64,000 bases of DNA from a virus. The notes under the pieces were generated by a model. It saw only the letters and a program-made list of their open reading frames with translations, did not search any database and was not told the DNA's origin. The stretch lies in IMG/VR virus record IMGVR_UViG_3300031519_004866; one strand, given 5' to 3'. The translations under genes were made by a program, and so were the position numbers. Positions 36,426 to 46,877 of this stretch are shown here, one piece after another (the first letter of the stretch is position 1; the number at the start of each line of letters is the position of its first letter).

Positions 36426-37004
36426 CTATGACAATCCGCCGACATCTAAATTGATTCCCGAAGCGTATGTGAGTGTACCAAAATCAATATTAGAACCTTG
36501 TAGCGCCAATTGTATTGCGTTTTCAAAAAGACCTGACCCAACAGGCCCAAAGTCGTATGTTGTTAAGTACTCTGTAACAGGTATAATAGTTTTAAATTTT
36601 ATAGTACTGCCTACAGAAGTAACTTCAATGTCTTTAACACCGTTTTCTGATAGCGGAGCACTTGTGCCTTCAAAAGTTATTTGTTGATGCACATTAGCAT
36701 ACATGCTACCTGCATCAGTATCAATTCTAGTAAATGCATCTGGTGCTGTGCTTGAAACAACAATTGCTTCTTCACCTTGGTCTAGTTGCATTTTAGTTCC
36801 AGCCACTAATTTTCTAAATTCTAAATTAGCCCCAGTTTTTTGTCTAAAAACATTAACACCGTTTGCACCTTGGTTAGTTGCAGTTATTGTTAATTCTGTT
36901 TCTAGTGTTGAAAAGTTTGTGTTTACTTTTTGGAACGCAGTGCGTAAATCGTCACCAAGTCCGTCGTTTACAATGTTACCAATGTTAATTAAACTGATTG
37001 TCAT
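36426..37004 (-). CDS. baseplate/tail-fibre connector protein
   Basis: INIGNIVNDGLGDDLRTAFQKVNTNF, a gp9/gp10-like N-terminal motif. Confidence 0.65.
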   Translation of the reverse strand: MTISLINIGNIVNDGLGDDLRTAFQKVNTNFSTLETELTITATNQGANGVNVFRQKTGANLEFRKLVAGTKMQLDQGEEAIVVSSTAPDAFTRIDTDAGSMYANVHQQITFEGTSAPLSENGVKDIEVTSVGSTIKFKTIIPVTEYLTTYDFGPVGSGLFENAIQLALQGSNIDFGTLTYASGINLDVGGLS

Positions 37005-37014
37005 TTATACGCTC

Positions 37015-37353
37015 CTATAATCCTGCTATTCTTGATTTAAATGCTGCAAAGTCAGCACTTGCTGCTACTTCAGTTTTTAATGTTGCTAAACTTATGTAGC
37101 CTGTAATATCGCCAGTAACGGTTAAGTTACCGTCTACAGTAGTGTTTTGCGCAACTGTAATAGCACTTGAATCTGTTGTAGTCATTACACTACCTGCAAA
37201 CTCGAACGCACCTAAATTAAGTCCACCGCTATCTAATCCTAGCTCAGTATATAATTCTGTAAAGTTAGTATTAATCTTTTCAAACGCTGAGCGTATTGAG
37301 TCACCTGTTCTATCGTTTGCGGATGTTCCAATGTTTACTGTTAGTTTACTCAT
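37015..37353 (-). CDS. short tail-associated protein
   Basis: VNIGTSANDRTGDSIRSAFEKINTNFTELY motif. Confidence 0.65.
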   Translation of the reverse strand: MSKLTVNIGTSANDRTGDSIRSAFEKINTNFTELYTELGLDSGGLNLGAFEFAGSVMTTTDSSAITVAQNTTVDGNLTVTGDITGYISLATLKTEVAASADFAAFKSRIAGL

Positions 37354-37366
37354 CTATCTATCCACC

Positions 37367-39319
37367 CTATACCAAGTTAACCCAAGCACTATCTTCATAG
37401 CCTTGAAATTTATTATCAGTGGAATTGTAAATAACCATTCCATTTACCGCAGCTAGTGCATTACGCTGTGTGGTAGTTAAACTGCTAAACTGTACAAAGC
37501 CTGTGCTAACTATGTTTCCTGCGTTAATTACTGGAGCAGTTAATTCGTTTTGTACACTAACATCACTGCTAAACACTGTCATTGGTGTAACAGTAATTGC
37601 ACTACTATCTGCACTGTCAATTAAGTTTGTAAATATGTTTCCAGTGTGTGTTCCAATAACATCGCCGTATATTTTATTTTCGACCGAGTCAATAATCTTA
37701 GTAGAGTCATCACCAAATACACTACCTTTTATATCGCCTGTATGATAACCTGTTGAGTTACCTGTTAAGTTACCTACAACATTACCTGTTACATCACCTG
37801 TTAATGAAGCAATCACTTTGTTATCAACTGCATCAATCATGAGCGTTGAATCGTCTGCAAATAAACTTCCTGTTACATCGCCTGTAATGCTACCAACAAA
37901 TTGATTTGAATATACAGTATTAAATGGACTTGAAACTGATCCAATTGTAGTACTAAGCCCTGATGGTAATATTGATGTAAGAACTATATCATTTCCAGAA
38001 GTTGCAATAGGAACACTATCAATGTATAACGGTCCTTGCGTATCTACTGGACCAACAATTTTCGACAACACCCCATCAATAAGTAATGCACTGTCATCAC
38101 CAAATACACTACCGTTAATATCAATTTCTTTGTTAACAGTAAATATTAACTTGTCATTGATAGTATCAGTAGTAATAGTAATTCCATACCCATTTTCAAA
38201 CGTTAAAATATCAGCAGTATTATCTGCTGCAATGTTTGTTTGTCCATCGACTGCAATTTGTTGGAATGTTGGTACAGCTGGCGCCGAGTTTGAAACAGTT
38301 GCAACACCTGTTGCACCATCTGTTGAAACTGTAATACCAAAACCTTGTTGTACTTCTAGTACACCTGTGTTAGTAAACTGTACTGCGCCAGTTGTTGTAC
38401 TAACTGTAACACCTTCTCCCGGTGTACGTCCTGTTGCTCTAGCTGGAATGTTAGTTGTATTTTGTGCAGATGTAACACCTGTGTTAGTAATAGTTACATT
38501 GCCTGTTGCAGAACTAACTGAAATACCTGTACTAGCAATAGATTGTGTTACACCAGCATTAATAAATGTAATGCTGTCTGCATCACTACCTGCAACTAGT
38601 TGAACTCCCGTTCCACCGTAAAACGATAGTGTATCGTTAGTGTGATCAGCTTCAACAATGTCGCCATCGTCTAAGTTAATGTATCTAAAATATCTTTTTT
38701 CAGGATCAATAATTAAATCGCCTGCAATTGTTGAACCAAAAGGTAAATCAACTTTTCCTGATTCTCCTTTAATACGAGCTGTTCCTAAATATAATCCGTT
38801 ATCTTCTTGTCCAGCTACTTGTAATGTTTCAGCAATGTGTGCTTGTTTCCATTTGTGTGTAGCATCGCCAAATACATAAGTTGCATCAGTTCCTGGCTTA
38901 ATTGAAGTTGTTAATGCTTCAAGGTTAAGAGCACTAAACTCTAACAACGGTTGCGCTAATCCACTACCGGTATATGCGCCAAATCCTGTGCCGTCGGTTG
39001 GAGTAGATATTCCTGCATCGCTAAACAATCCAAACGCGATATTTGAAGCAACATCAACAAAAAATGTTTGTCCATTAAGTTGAGTCATACCAGCAGCATT
39101 TGTAATTGTTACACGCTGCCCGTCAACTAATCCGTGTGCTGCTGAAGTTGTTACTATAACTGGACTTGCTTGAGTAGCAGAAATAATAGACTTTTGCTCT
39201 CCCCCTGCAAGTGTTGCACCAATGGTTACAAAGTTTGCATTAACTTCATCTAATGCTTTTCTAAAGCTATCCCAAACTAGTGGAGGATTACCAGGTTGTA
39301 TGTTTGAATTATACGCCAT
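37367..39319 (-). CDS. tail fibre protein
   Basis: G/T/S/V-rich; FCCH-like beta module; repeated GSVFGDDSxxLID and GDVTG motifs. Confidence 0.75.
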   Translation of the reverse strand: MAYNSNIQPGNPPLVWDSFRKALDEVNANFVTIGATLAGGEQKSIISATQASPVIVTTSAAHGLVDGQRVTITNAAGMTQLNGQTFFVDVASNIAFGLFSDAGISTPTDGTGFGAYTGSGLAQPLLEFSALNLEALTTSIKPGTDATYVFGDATHKWKQAHIAETLQVAGQEDNGLYLGTARIKGESGKVDLPFGSTIAGDLIIDPEKRYFRYINLDDGDIVEADHTNDTLSFYGGTGVQLVAGSDADSITFINAGVTQSIASTGISVSSATGNVTITNTGVTSAQNTTNIPARATGRTPGEGVTVSTTTGAVQFTNTGVLEVQQGFGITVSTDGATGVATVSNSAPAVPTFQQIAVDGQTNIAADNTADILTFENGYGITITTDTINDKLIFTVNKEIDINGSVFGDDSALLIDGVLSKIVGPVDTQGPLYIDSVPIATSGNDIVLTSILPSGLSTTIGSVSSPFNTVYSNQFVGSITGDVTGSLFADDSTLMIDAVDNKVIASLTGDVTGNVVGNLTGNSTGYHTGDIKGSVFGDDSTKIIDSVENKIYGDVIGTHTGNIFTNLIDSADSSAITVTPMTVFSSDVSVQNELTAPVINAGNIVSTGFVQFSSLTTTQRNALAAVNGMVIYNSTDNKFQGYEDSAWVNLV

Positions 39320-42300
39320 TATGTTCTCCCTACCGCTACTTCAATGGTTCCAATATGATCGCTATCATATGTTTCTAATGCTTTACCAATGATAGTTCCT
39401 GCTCTAACATCACCATCGGCTGCAATTCCTACTCCGTGTATTGCTGCTGTCACTATCAAATCGCCTTTGTTAATTTTACCAACTACTCTAACTGGAATTC
39501 TGCCTTGTAATCCAACAAGGTTTTTAAGTCCAGGACATGCAGTATACATAACATATGCAGCTCTATCTGAAACAACGCCTGCTACTCTTGTATCAGCATA
39601 TCTATTAGATGTAGTAACTTCCTTGTCACCCCCAAATACTAACACTGTACCGACTTCGTATTCCTTGTCACCCTCGTAGTATTCAGCAAGGTCAGCAGCA
39701 TAAGTTGCTTCAAACCTTGATTCGCTTGGTGTTGTTCCTGTTAATGACCAACGTCCTGTAATTGTACCTGCTGTAGTATTACCACCAGTAGTTAACGCAG
39801 TAGTAAGTACTTGTGATGTTTCAATTGGAGCAAGTGAAACACCGCTTTGTGTTCTAAATCTGTGGTAATCGTTATCATAAAAGTTACGTTTATCAGATGC
39901 TAACGAACCTGTTTGTAAGTATAACCCACCACTACCGCTTGATCCTGTATAAAGTCTTGTGTAACTAGCAGTACCAGATGTACCATGCGCCATTGTTGTG
40001 TTGCCGCTGACTGTAAACGAATTTGTAGCGTTCCATATTCTTGCACTAGCATCTGCGTTACCGTCTCTTTGTATCAATGTACTTGAAGTTGAATTTGATG
40101 TTGCTTCAATTATGCTATAATCAACATCAGCAGTATTACTAGATCCACTAATTCTTCTTAAGAATCCTGTACTACTATATTGTGTTTTCTTAATAGCACC
40201 ACCGTCATCAACAATAGTAGTAAATGTTACATCGGCTGGTGTTGCAGGAGCAAGTGTGTTATTACCAATTACAGACTTAGCAGCAACATTTGTTAGTTTT
40301 GATTTTGGAATAGTACTGTTTGTAATAGTTACCCAACCGTCAGTAACAGTAAAGTATGTATTATCAAGTGCTACAATGCCTTTTTCTGCTTGTGTAATGC
40401 CAGTTGCATTTGCTCTTGTTTGGGCATTGGCCATAGCTAACTTACTTTGAGCAATCGCTGCTGATGCATTAATATCATTGTTTAAAATAACACCTGGTTG
40501 TATCTGTGCATCAATTGTACCAAGTGTTGAGTCTATGTCTAATGTAATATCACCAACTACTGTACTGTTAATAGCATCGTTACCGTTGCCAGTAAACACT
40601 AAAAGATCATTTGCTTTAAGGTTAGTAACTGTAAATTCTTGTAAGTTAGTAAATGTTAAACTTCTAAGGTTAACACCGTCTGTTGGTTGTGTAGGATCTG
40701 CAATATCAATAATCTTTTGATTACCTAGCGACATTGGAGACTTCATAGACAACGACCCGTCTAGAGCCATAAAGCCACCACTAATTGATGGTATTAAGTT
40801 AGCTTGTGTAATAGGAGCACCACTATGCGATGTACCTAGTCGTCTTTCCATATAAAGTCTTGTTGCGTTCTCTGTTGGAACAGTATCAACAGCGTTATCA
40901 GTAAATGCTGAGTCTGTTGAAAATTCACTAACTGGAACACCACGTTTAAATCCAATACCGTCCAAGTTACTCAAAGCAATAGCTGCTGAGAATGTAACCT
41001 GACCTGTACCTTGGTCAACTCTAAAGTATGGTCCAACGTTGAAGTTACCAAATTGGTCAGTGGTTACATAGAACACACGTCCCACTGTACGTTCATCAGT
41101 TTCAGTGTCAGGGTTAAATGCGTTAACCGGTGGTCCATAAATTTCTGTTGGATAGTTTGTATCAGCATATGAGCCAGTACCAATCTCAAGTAAATCGTGT
41201 GATGTAACACGAGTCAATGAAATCCTAATTGTTAGCTTACCTCTAGCACCAAGCGACCCTCTACGCACCGCTGATTTAATAGAGTATGTTGCTTCAAACT
41301 GTGTTAAGCTATCTACTAATGGACGGTCAAGTGTAAGTCTGCCCCATGGATTACCAGTTACAGTTTCATCTTCGTAGGTGTCAATTACATATATTTCACC
41401 GTTCCATACAAATGTACTACCTGCTACTCTTGATCTTTCTTGCGGTGCAACAGCAACAACTGCAAAACTACTATCTCCTACTGCCCCTGTTGGAACATGA
41501 TATGTATGTGTACCTGTTTGTGTGCCAGTTGTGTCAACTTGAACAGCGCCTGCTAGTGTTGGATATCCAACACTTACTGTAAATGTGTTTGAATCTAAAA
41601 CTGTGTGTACAAAGTAATGGTTACTTGTGTTTAACCCTGTTGGCAATGCGCCTGTGGTGTTAAGAGTAATTGGGTCACCTTGACTAAATCCGTGGCTGGA
41701 TTTTGTAATCACTCCTGGACTTGCAACCGACACTGTAAATGTCTGTGTTGTAGCAGCTTTTGCTTCACCTGGTTTGTAAACAGTTAAGTCAATGTAGTTA
41801 TAGTTTTCTCTAAGTGTTGTTCTAGTAAGACCTTCAATAATCGCACTATGCGTACCAGTACCAGTATTAGTAATTTCAACTGGCCCAGCTCCGTTAATAA
41901 TATTTGATATTTCAAAAGTTGTTGCAGTTAGATTTTCTTCTCTAATCCAATACGTTTCACCTGCAGTGATTCCTGCTGGTAATGTATTACTTGAACTAAA
42001 ACTTAGTCTATAGTTGTATAGTAGTTTGTGTGGAACAACTACTTTTAAATTAGGAGTTGCATCTGATAGTGTTACTGCACTACCGCCTGCAGATGTACTT
42101 AAAACAACGCTAGTATATGCTGGTACGTCGATAACATGGTATGTTGTACCGCCAGTTAATCCACCACCAGAGCCGTCTGGAACAATTGTATCTCCAACAA
42201 CTAATCCGTGATTCTGACTAAATGTTGCTACATTTCCGCTTGATGCAGTTGTTGATATAGTTGCTTTAAATGTAAACACACCAGGATTAGTAGCAGTAGC

Positions 42301-45300
42301 AGTAAATTCATAATTACCTCTACTATCTGTTTCTGACTCAAATTGTAACACACGATAAACATCAGTGTATTCTTGTAAAATCAAACCTGTGGATGGTCTT
42401 GTAGCAACGTTAACAAGTTCACCTGTTAACATAACCTGTGAGTTTGAACGTAATGACATCTTAGTGCCGTTTGGAATAACAGCAAATATTCCGTCAAAGT
42501 TACCAGTTGTGTCGCTGGTTAAGTTAAGTCTAACAACACCTGCAGGTAAGTCGGCAGTTGCAACCGATGTAACTGGGTATCTATAAATTAGGTTTCCGTG
42601 ATTAACTTCAAGTTCTGAATTGTTTAATGGTGTATAATCGTAACCACTAACAAACAAAAACAGTCCGCTTTGTACGTTTGCATACGATGCACTAGGGAAG
42701 TAACATTCAACTGATTGTGCTAGATCATGATACAATGTTGTTGGTGTCGGAACTTCTAATGGATCCGAGCCTTCAGCAACAAGTGCGTAGATACCATGCG
42801 CACTTGACCCACCAACGGATCTAATTTGCGCACCGTTAATTGACATATACGAAGCATAACAGTAATATGTAAACATAGATACTGCTTCTGTTAAACCACC
42901 GTTTGTTGCTAGTAGGCCGTAACCCATATCAGCAACTTGTGTAAAGTCGTTTGATAGCATTGATCTGTTACCAGGCATCAATACTTCATAAATTCTTTCG
43001 TGACTGTGTGTTCCAGACCCTGCTGTAGTTGTGTTAATGTCTACACCACCCGGCGTAGCACTAACTTGGAACGTGTTAGTAGTTATATTTGTACCAGATA
43101 CATAATAATCTTGCCCAACTACTAACGGCGAAGGTAGTGTTCCTGTTGTAGTAAATCTAACAACAGCACCTTCTTGTAGTCTGTGTGCTACTCTTGTAAA
43201 TGTTGCTGGACTTGCTTGTGAAATAGTTGTTACAACAGCACCAGCAGTTCTAGTAAAAGCAGTAGTTTCATCTAAAATAAATGATGCAGATGATCCGTTT
43301 TTATTGTATACAAAATCTCTAACATAGTTAATTCTAAAAACAGTGTCATCAACAATAAACGACGCAGGCAACTGCGGCAGTCTTTCTAATCCTGTAACTT
43401 CAATTCTTGTATTAGATGTTGATGAAGCGTGTTGAAACTGTAAGTTACCAGCAAAGCCGTCAACAAACATACCACCAGCAAATGTTTGCTTGTTAATAGA
43501 TTTACTAAATGATGCAGATTCTTGACAGTACGGTGACTTAGCAAGTATTTGTCCTTCTGGATCAAGCACCATCATAAAGCCGCCATGTCCTTGACCAGTA
43601 ACAGCTCTAATAATGTTAGCATCGTTCATTAAGAACACATCTAGTACATCATTTTCTTTTGGATAGTTAACTGAACCTGAACCGTCCATAACATCTTCAA
43701 TAGCATCAAATAATTCAGCAACTACTCCTTGTGAGCCAGTTTCTGCTATGAATGAAGTATCAATAATTTGTAGTGCAGTAGTAATTGTGCCAGGTAGTGC
43801 AACGTTGGTAAGAACATAGTCAATTGCTGTTTGGGCTCTTTCAAGACCTGCAATTGTTTGAGATAGCTGCGCACCAATAGCAACACGCCCACTCGCACTT
43901 TGATAATATTTTAAACCTGCGGAAATTGTTCTGTTATATCCACCATACTTTATATCAAAGATCATAGCGTCAACAACTAGTCCAACATCACGTTTACATA
44001 GTGCTTGATTATATGTAAATGATTGTGTAAACGGTGCAGTATTTGTAGCAATCTGCTGATTGATCCATTCAACAACTTCGTTTTGGATAAACGATTTGTT
44101 TAATTTAATAAGCGCCGCAGCCTTTGTACGTCCGCCGGCATTATCAATTTTAGGGTATACAGGTGCAGTTGAATCACTTAGATAATGATGACCGTATAAT
44201 TGTGTTGCAACAGTCAACCCGTCAACTACAGGGTCTCTTCTAAACTTCTGGAATGACCAAGGAGAACTCGATGTTCCTGGTCTTGGCTTAATTAATACTC
44301 GTCTAAATTCATCACCAATGATAGCAACGTTCTGCGGTACTTTAAGTGGATAGTTTTCTTGGTATATGCCACTTTCAATAAACAATGAAATTTGTACTTG
44401 GTTAGTAATGTCACCGTATGAAATAGCTTCGTCAATTAAGAATGTACCATACTTAATGTCAACATCAAATATTTCGTTGCCGTTACTATCTAATGCACCT
44501 GAGTGTGCTAGTATCTGTGCTAACGCTCCAGATGTTTCACCTCGTAAGTATAAACCTTCTCTAATGTCTCTAGTTCTAAATGCTACAGGAGTATCTGTTA
44601 ATACATCACCTGTGTAATCTGTACGATATCCGCCGGTTGCTAATAAGAATCTTGGTAAGTCAACTTCAACTGTTGGTACTGTTGTAAAGTTTGAACCTGC
44701 ATCTAAAATGTCAACACTAGTAATAATTCCGCCACTAATAACTGCATTACCAAACGATCCTACAGCCGGAAGTGGTGCGCTTACTCTTACTGATACTAAA
44801 CTATAACCACTACCACCAGCACTAATATCAACCCCATTGACTTTATATGTAATATCAAATGTAGCTCCAAGACCAAATGTACTATCGGAAGTAGTTACAA
44901 CTCCTACAGTTCCTGGTAATACTGTATAATCACCTTGTGCTACTAGTTGAAACGTTGTAATTGCACCTGGAGAAGTTGCTGTTGAAAGCACCTTAATAGT
45001 TGCACTTGTTCCTGTACCACCTGACAGTGTAATAATATCGCCTGCTTGATAGTTTGCCCCAGGAGCATTCATTGTAACTTTGTCAACACTCATTCTAGCA
45101 GTACCAGCAAATCCAGTACCTGAATCAGGTGAAGTATCAATTTGTGATAGTGTTACAATTCCTGAACCGTTATTGTAAGTAAGTTGTTTTTTGTATGGAC
45201 CAATATCGTCTAATGATTCTAAAACAATTTCTTCTGCACGTTTTAGAGCAGCTTCAATTGTTTTGTATGCATAAGCAAGAGCTCTACCTTGTAGTTCTTC

Positions 45301-45975
45301 ACTTACACCTACTCTTTCGTCTTGTCCTGATGTAGCAACATAAAGATTTACACTACTACCAAACGCTGCACCATCAACATATTGTTTTGTTGCAGCAATT
45401 AAGCCGTCATATAGCTCGTCATCTTCTGGCTCTGGGCTTCTGCTTAAAATTAACGGCCCTGTCATAGTACCAAACGCTACGTTTTGGTTGCCTGTAGCAG
45501 GGTCAATAGTACCAACACCTGCTCTTGAAATTTTAGTATCTGCGTATCCTTTAGAAGCAGCCTCATCTGAAGTTACCGGAGTATCTAAGCCTTGAATTCT
45601 GTAGGTGTTACCACCTGATTGTACTGAAAGGTTACCACCTAGTTGTGGTGAAGTATCGCCTGAAATTTCACTAAATTCAGTGGATATAATAATTTGGTTA
45701 GAGTTTGATATATCATCAACTGTGATGCCAAGACCAGCTGTAAGTTGCTTAAACTGTACTCCGTCAGTGGTTGGATTAACCGCTAATATTGCACCTTCTT
45801 GCCCTAAGAATGACTGTGGTGTATCATCAAGAGCAATAAATGTAAGTTTATCACCAAGTCCTAATGAGCTATACAGCTCTTTGAAGTTGTCATTTGTTTT
45901 ACGAAACGAATCTCTAATACTATCGCCGGTACCGTCGTTTCCAATACTACCAATATCTACAATTTTACGTGCCAT
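39319..45975 (-). CDS. large tail fibre/baseplate protein (2218 aa) with C-terminal autoproteolytic chaperone-like domain
   Basis: N-terminal DIGSIGNDGTGDSIRDSFRKTNDNFKELY; four FCCH-like repeats; C-terminal ADLAEYY...GTVLVFGG...GVVS...GRIPV...KGDLIV...GTIIGKALE. Confidence 0.8.
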   Translation of the reverse strand: MARKIVDIGSIGNDGTGDSIRDSFRKTNDNFKELYSSLGLGDKLTFIALDDTPQSFLGQEGAILAVNPTTDGVQFKQLTAGLGITVDDISNSNQIIISTEFSEISGDTSPQLGGNLSVQSGGNTYRIQGLDTPVTSDEAASKGYADTKISRAGVGTIDPATGNQNVAFGTMTGPLILSRSPEPEDDELYDGLIAATKQYVDGAAFGSSVNLYVATSGQDERVGVSEELQGRALAYAYKTIEAALKRAEEIVLESLDDIGPYKKQLTYNNGSGIVTLSQIDTSPDSGTGFAGTARMSVDKVTMNAPGANYQAGDIITLSGGTGTSATIKVLSTATSPGAITTFQLVAQGDYTVLPGTVGVVTTSDSTFGLGATFDITYKVNGVDISAGGSGYSLVSVRVSAPLPAVGSFGNAVISGGIITSVDILDAGSNFTTVPTVEVDLPRFLLATGGYRTDYTGDVLTDTPVAFRTRDIREGLYLRGETSGALAQILAHSGALDSNGNEIFDVDIKYGTFLIDEAISYGDITNQVQISLFIESGIYQENYPLKVPQNVAIIGDEFRRVLIKPRPGTSSSPWSFQKFRRDPVVDGLTVATQLYGHHYLSDSTAPVYPKIDNAGGRTKAAALIKLNKSFIQNEVVEWINQQIATNTAPFTQSFTYNQALCKRDVGLVVDAMIFDIKYGGYNRTISAGLKYYQSASGRVAIGAQLSQTIAGLERAQTAIDYVLTNVALPGTITTALQIIDTSFIAETGSQGVVAELFDAIEDVMDGSGSVNYPKENDVLDVFLMNDANIIRAVTGQGHGGFMMVLDPEGQILAKSPYCQESASFSKSINKQTFAGGMFVDGFAGNLQFQHASSTSNTRIEVTGLERLPQLPASFIVDDTVFRINYVRDFVYNKNGSSASFILDETTAFTRTAGAVVTTISQASPATFTRVAHRLQEGAVVRFTTTGTLPSPLVVGQDYYVSGTNITTNTFQVSATPGGVDINTTTAGSGTHSHERIYEVLMPGNRSMLSNDFTQVADMGYGLLATNGGLTEAVSMFTYYCYASYMSINGAQIRSVGGSSAHGIYALVAEGSDPLEVPTPTTLYHDLAQSVECYFPSASYANVQSGLFLFVSGYDYTPLNNSELEVNHGNLIYRYPVTSVATADLPAGVVRLNLTSDTTGNFDGIFAVIPNGTKMSLRSNSQVMLTGELVNVATRPSTGLILQEYTDVYRVLQFESETDSRGNYEFTATATNPGVFTFKATISTTASSGNVATFSQNHGLVVGDTIVPDGSGGGLTGGTTYHVIDVPAYTSVVLSTSAGGSAVTLSDATPNLKVVVPHKLLYNYRLSFSSSNTLPAGITAGETYWIREENLTATTFEISNIINGAGPVEITNTGTGTHSAIIEGLTRTTLRENYNYIDLTVYKPGEAKAATTQTFTVSVASPGVITKSSHGFSQGDPITLNTTGALPTGLNTSNHYFVHTVLDSNTFTVSVGYPTLAGAVQVDTTGTQTGTHTYHVPTGAVGDSSFAVVAVAPQERSRVAGSTFVWNGEIYVIDTYEDETVTGNPWGRLTLDRPLVDSLTQFEATYSIKSAVRRGSLGARGKLTIRISLTRVTSHDLLEIGTGSYADTNYPTEIYGPPVNAFNPDTETDERTVGRVFYVTTDQFGNFNVGPYFRVDQGTGQVTFSAAIALSNLDGIGFKRGVPVSEFSTDSAFTDNAVDTVPTENATRLYMERRLGTSHSGAPITQANLIPSISGGFMALDGSLSMKSPMSLGNQKIIDIADPTQPTDGVNLRSLTFTNLQEFTVTNLKANDLLVFTGNGNDAINSTVVGDITLDIDSTLGTIDAQIQPGVILNNDINASAAIAQSKLAMANAQTRANATGITQAEKGIVALDNTYFTVTDGWVTITNSTIPKSKLTNVAAKSVIGNNTLAPATPADVTFTTIVDDGGAIKKTQYSSTGFLRRISGSSNTADVDYSIIEATSNSTSSTLIQRDGNADASARIWNATNSFTVSGNTTMAHGTSGTASYTRLYTGSSGSGGLYLQTGSLASDKRNFYDNDYHRFRTQSGVSLAPIETSQVLTTALTTGGNTTAGTITGRWSLTGTTPSESRFEATYAADLAEYYEGDKEYEVGTVLVFGGDKEVTTSNRYADTRVAGVVSDRAAYVMYTACPGLKNLVGLQGRIPVRVVGKINKGDLIVTAAIHGVGIAADGDVRAGTIIGKALETYDSDHIGTIEVAVGRT

Positions 45976-46055
45976 TTATAACCCCAATAAGTCTTTCATC
46001 TACATATATTTAGCCAATAATTTTATAAGCCTAATGTAAAAGAGTAAATAATAAC

Positions 46056-46343
46056 ATGTTCATAAAGACAGAAAGAATTAATACTCATTACACTCGGCAA
46101 AGCAAATTAGGCAATACTCACGAATATTGTCGAGCTAAAACCATTGTACATTTACAATGCGACAATTGTGATACTGTATTTACCAGAGACCTTAAGAAGA
46201 TTAATAGAACTAGATTAAGCAACAACTATTTTCATGTGTGTAGCAACTGTGATGCCAAAAGATTTGCACAACGAAAAGGTGTAGAGCAAAAGCAAATATG
46301 GGATCTTCCAATATCTCAAGACATCCCAATCTCTAAATTTTAA
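46056..46343 (+). CDS. small Zn-ribbon protein
   Basis: CDNC...CSNC pairs; TAAATA-N5-ATG. Confidence 0.6.
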   Translation: MFIKTERINTHYTRQSKLGNTHEYCRAKTIVHLQCDNCDTVFTRDLKKINRTRLSNNYFHVCSNCDAKRFAQRKGVEQKQIWDLPISQDIPISKF

Positions 46344-46395
46344 AATTATTTTTAACTAAATATACATGTGAGCGAAAATTATATGGAGAAACAAA

Positions 46396-46563
46396 ATGAA
46401 CCCTATTAATTGGATTAAAGATAGATTAGAAGAAAGAACATCATGGGACGGGACAATTTTAATTGCAGTCGGTGTGATAGTTTTAATAGCAGGACCATTT
46501 GCTAAAATAGCAGCATATGGCGCAATCGGTTATGGTGCATGGACAATTTGGAAAAAAGATTAG
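46396..46563 (+). CDS. small 2-TM membrane protein (55 aa, not in ORF track), holin-like
   Basis: MNPINWIKDRLEERTSWDGTILIAVGVIVLIAGPFAKIAAYGAIGYGAWTIWKKD; SD GGAG. Confidence 0.6.
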   Translation: MNPINWIKDRLEERTSWDGTILIAVGVIVLIAGPFAKIAAYGAIGYGAWTIWKKD

Positions 46564-46877
46564 TCTCAATCACACAGTCAGCTATCGACCACATGTCGAC
46601 TCTGATCACTGAACAAGGCCAACCTGTCGTCCGACTTCAAGTCAAGGGCGGCGGGTGCGCCGGATTTCAATACGAATGGAAGATGGAAGATGCTGTTGAA
46701 GCGAATGACGAAGTTATTGACTTACCCAATGGCAAGTTTGCTATTGATGAGTTTAGTGTTATGTATGTCGCTGGCACTGAAGTTGATTTTGTTAAAGAAG
46801 TTTTTGGATCTCAACTTGTAATTAGAAATCCTAATGCAACATCAAGCTGCGGCTGCGGCGAGAGTTTTGCTGCCTAA
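46539..46877 (+). CDS. A-type Fe-S carrier (ErpA/IscA-like, copy 2)
   Basis: GGGCAGFQY and SCGCGESF; start uncertain. Confidence 0.9.
   Translation: MDNLEKRLVSITQSAIDHMSTLITEQGQPVVRLQVKGGGCAGFQYEWKMEDAVEANDEVIDLPNGKFAIDEFSVMYVAGTEVDFVKEVFGSQLVIRNPNATSSCGCGESFAA

Noticed and set aside
46539-46877. Overlaps of the second A-type carrier with its neighbours (25 nt at the 5' end, 36 nt tail-to-tail with uvsE) as a special mechanism
   Set aside because: Short overlaps are common in compact phage genomes, and the start may be the internal Met at about 46593.
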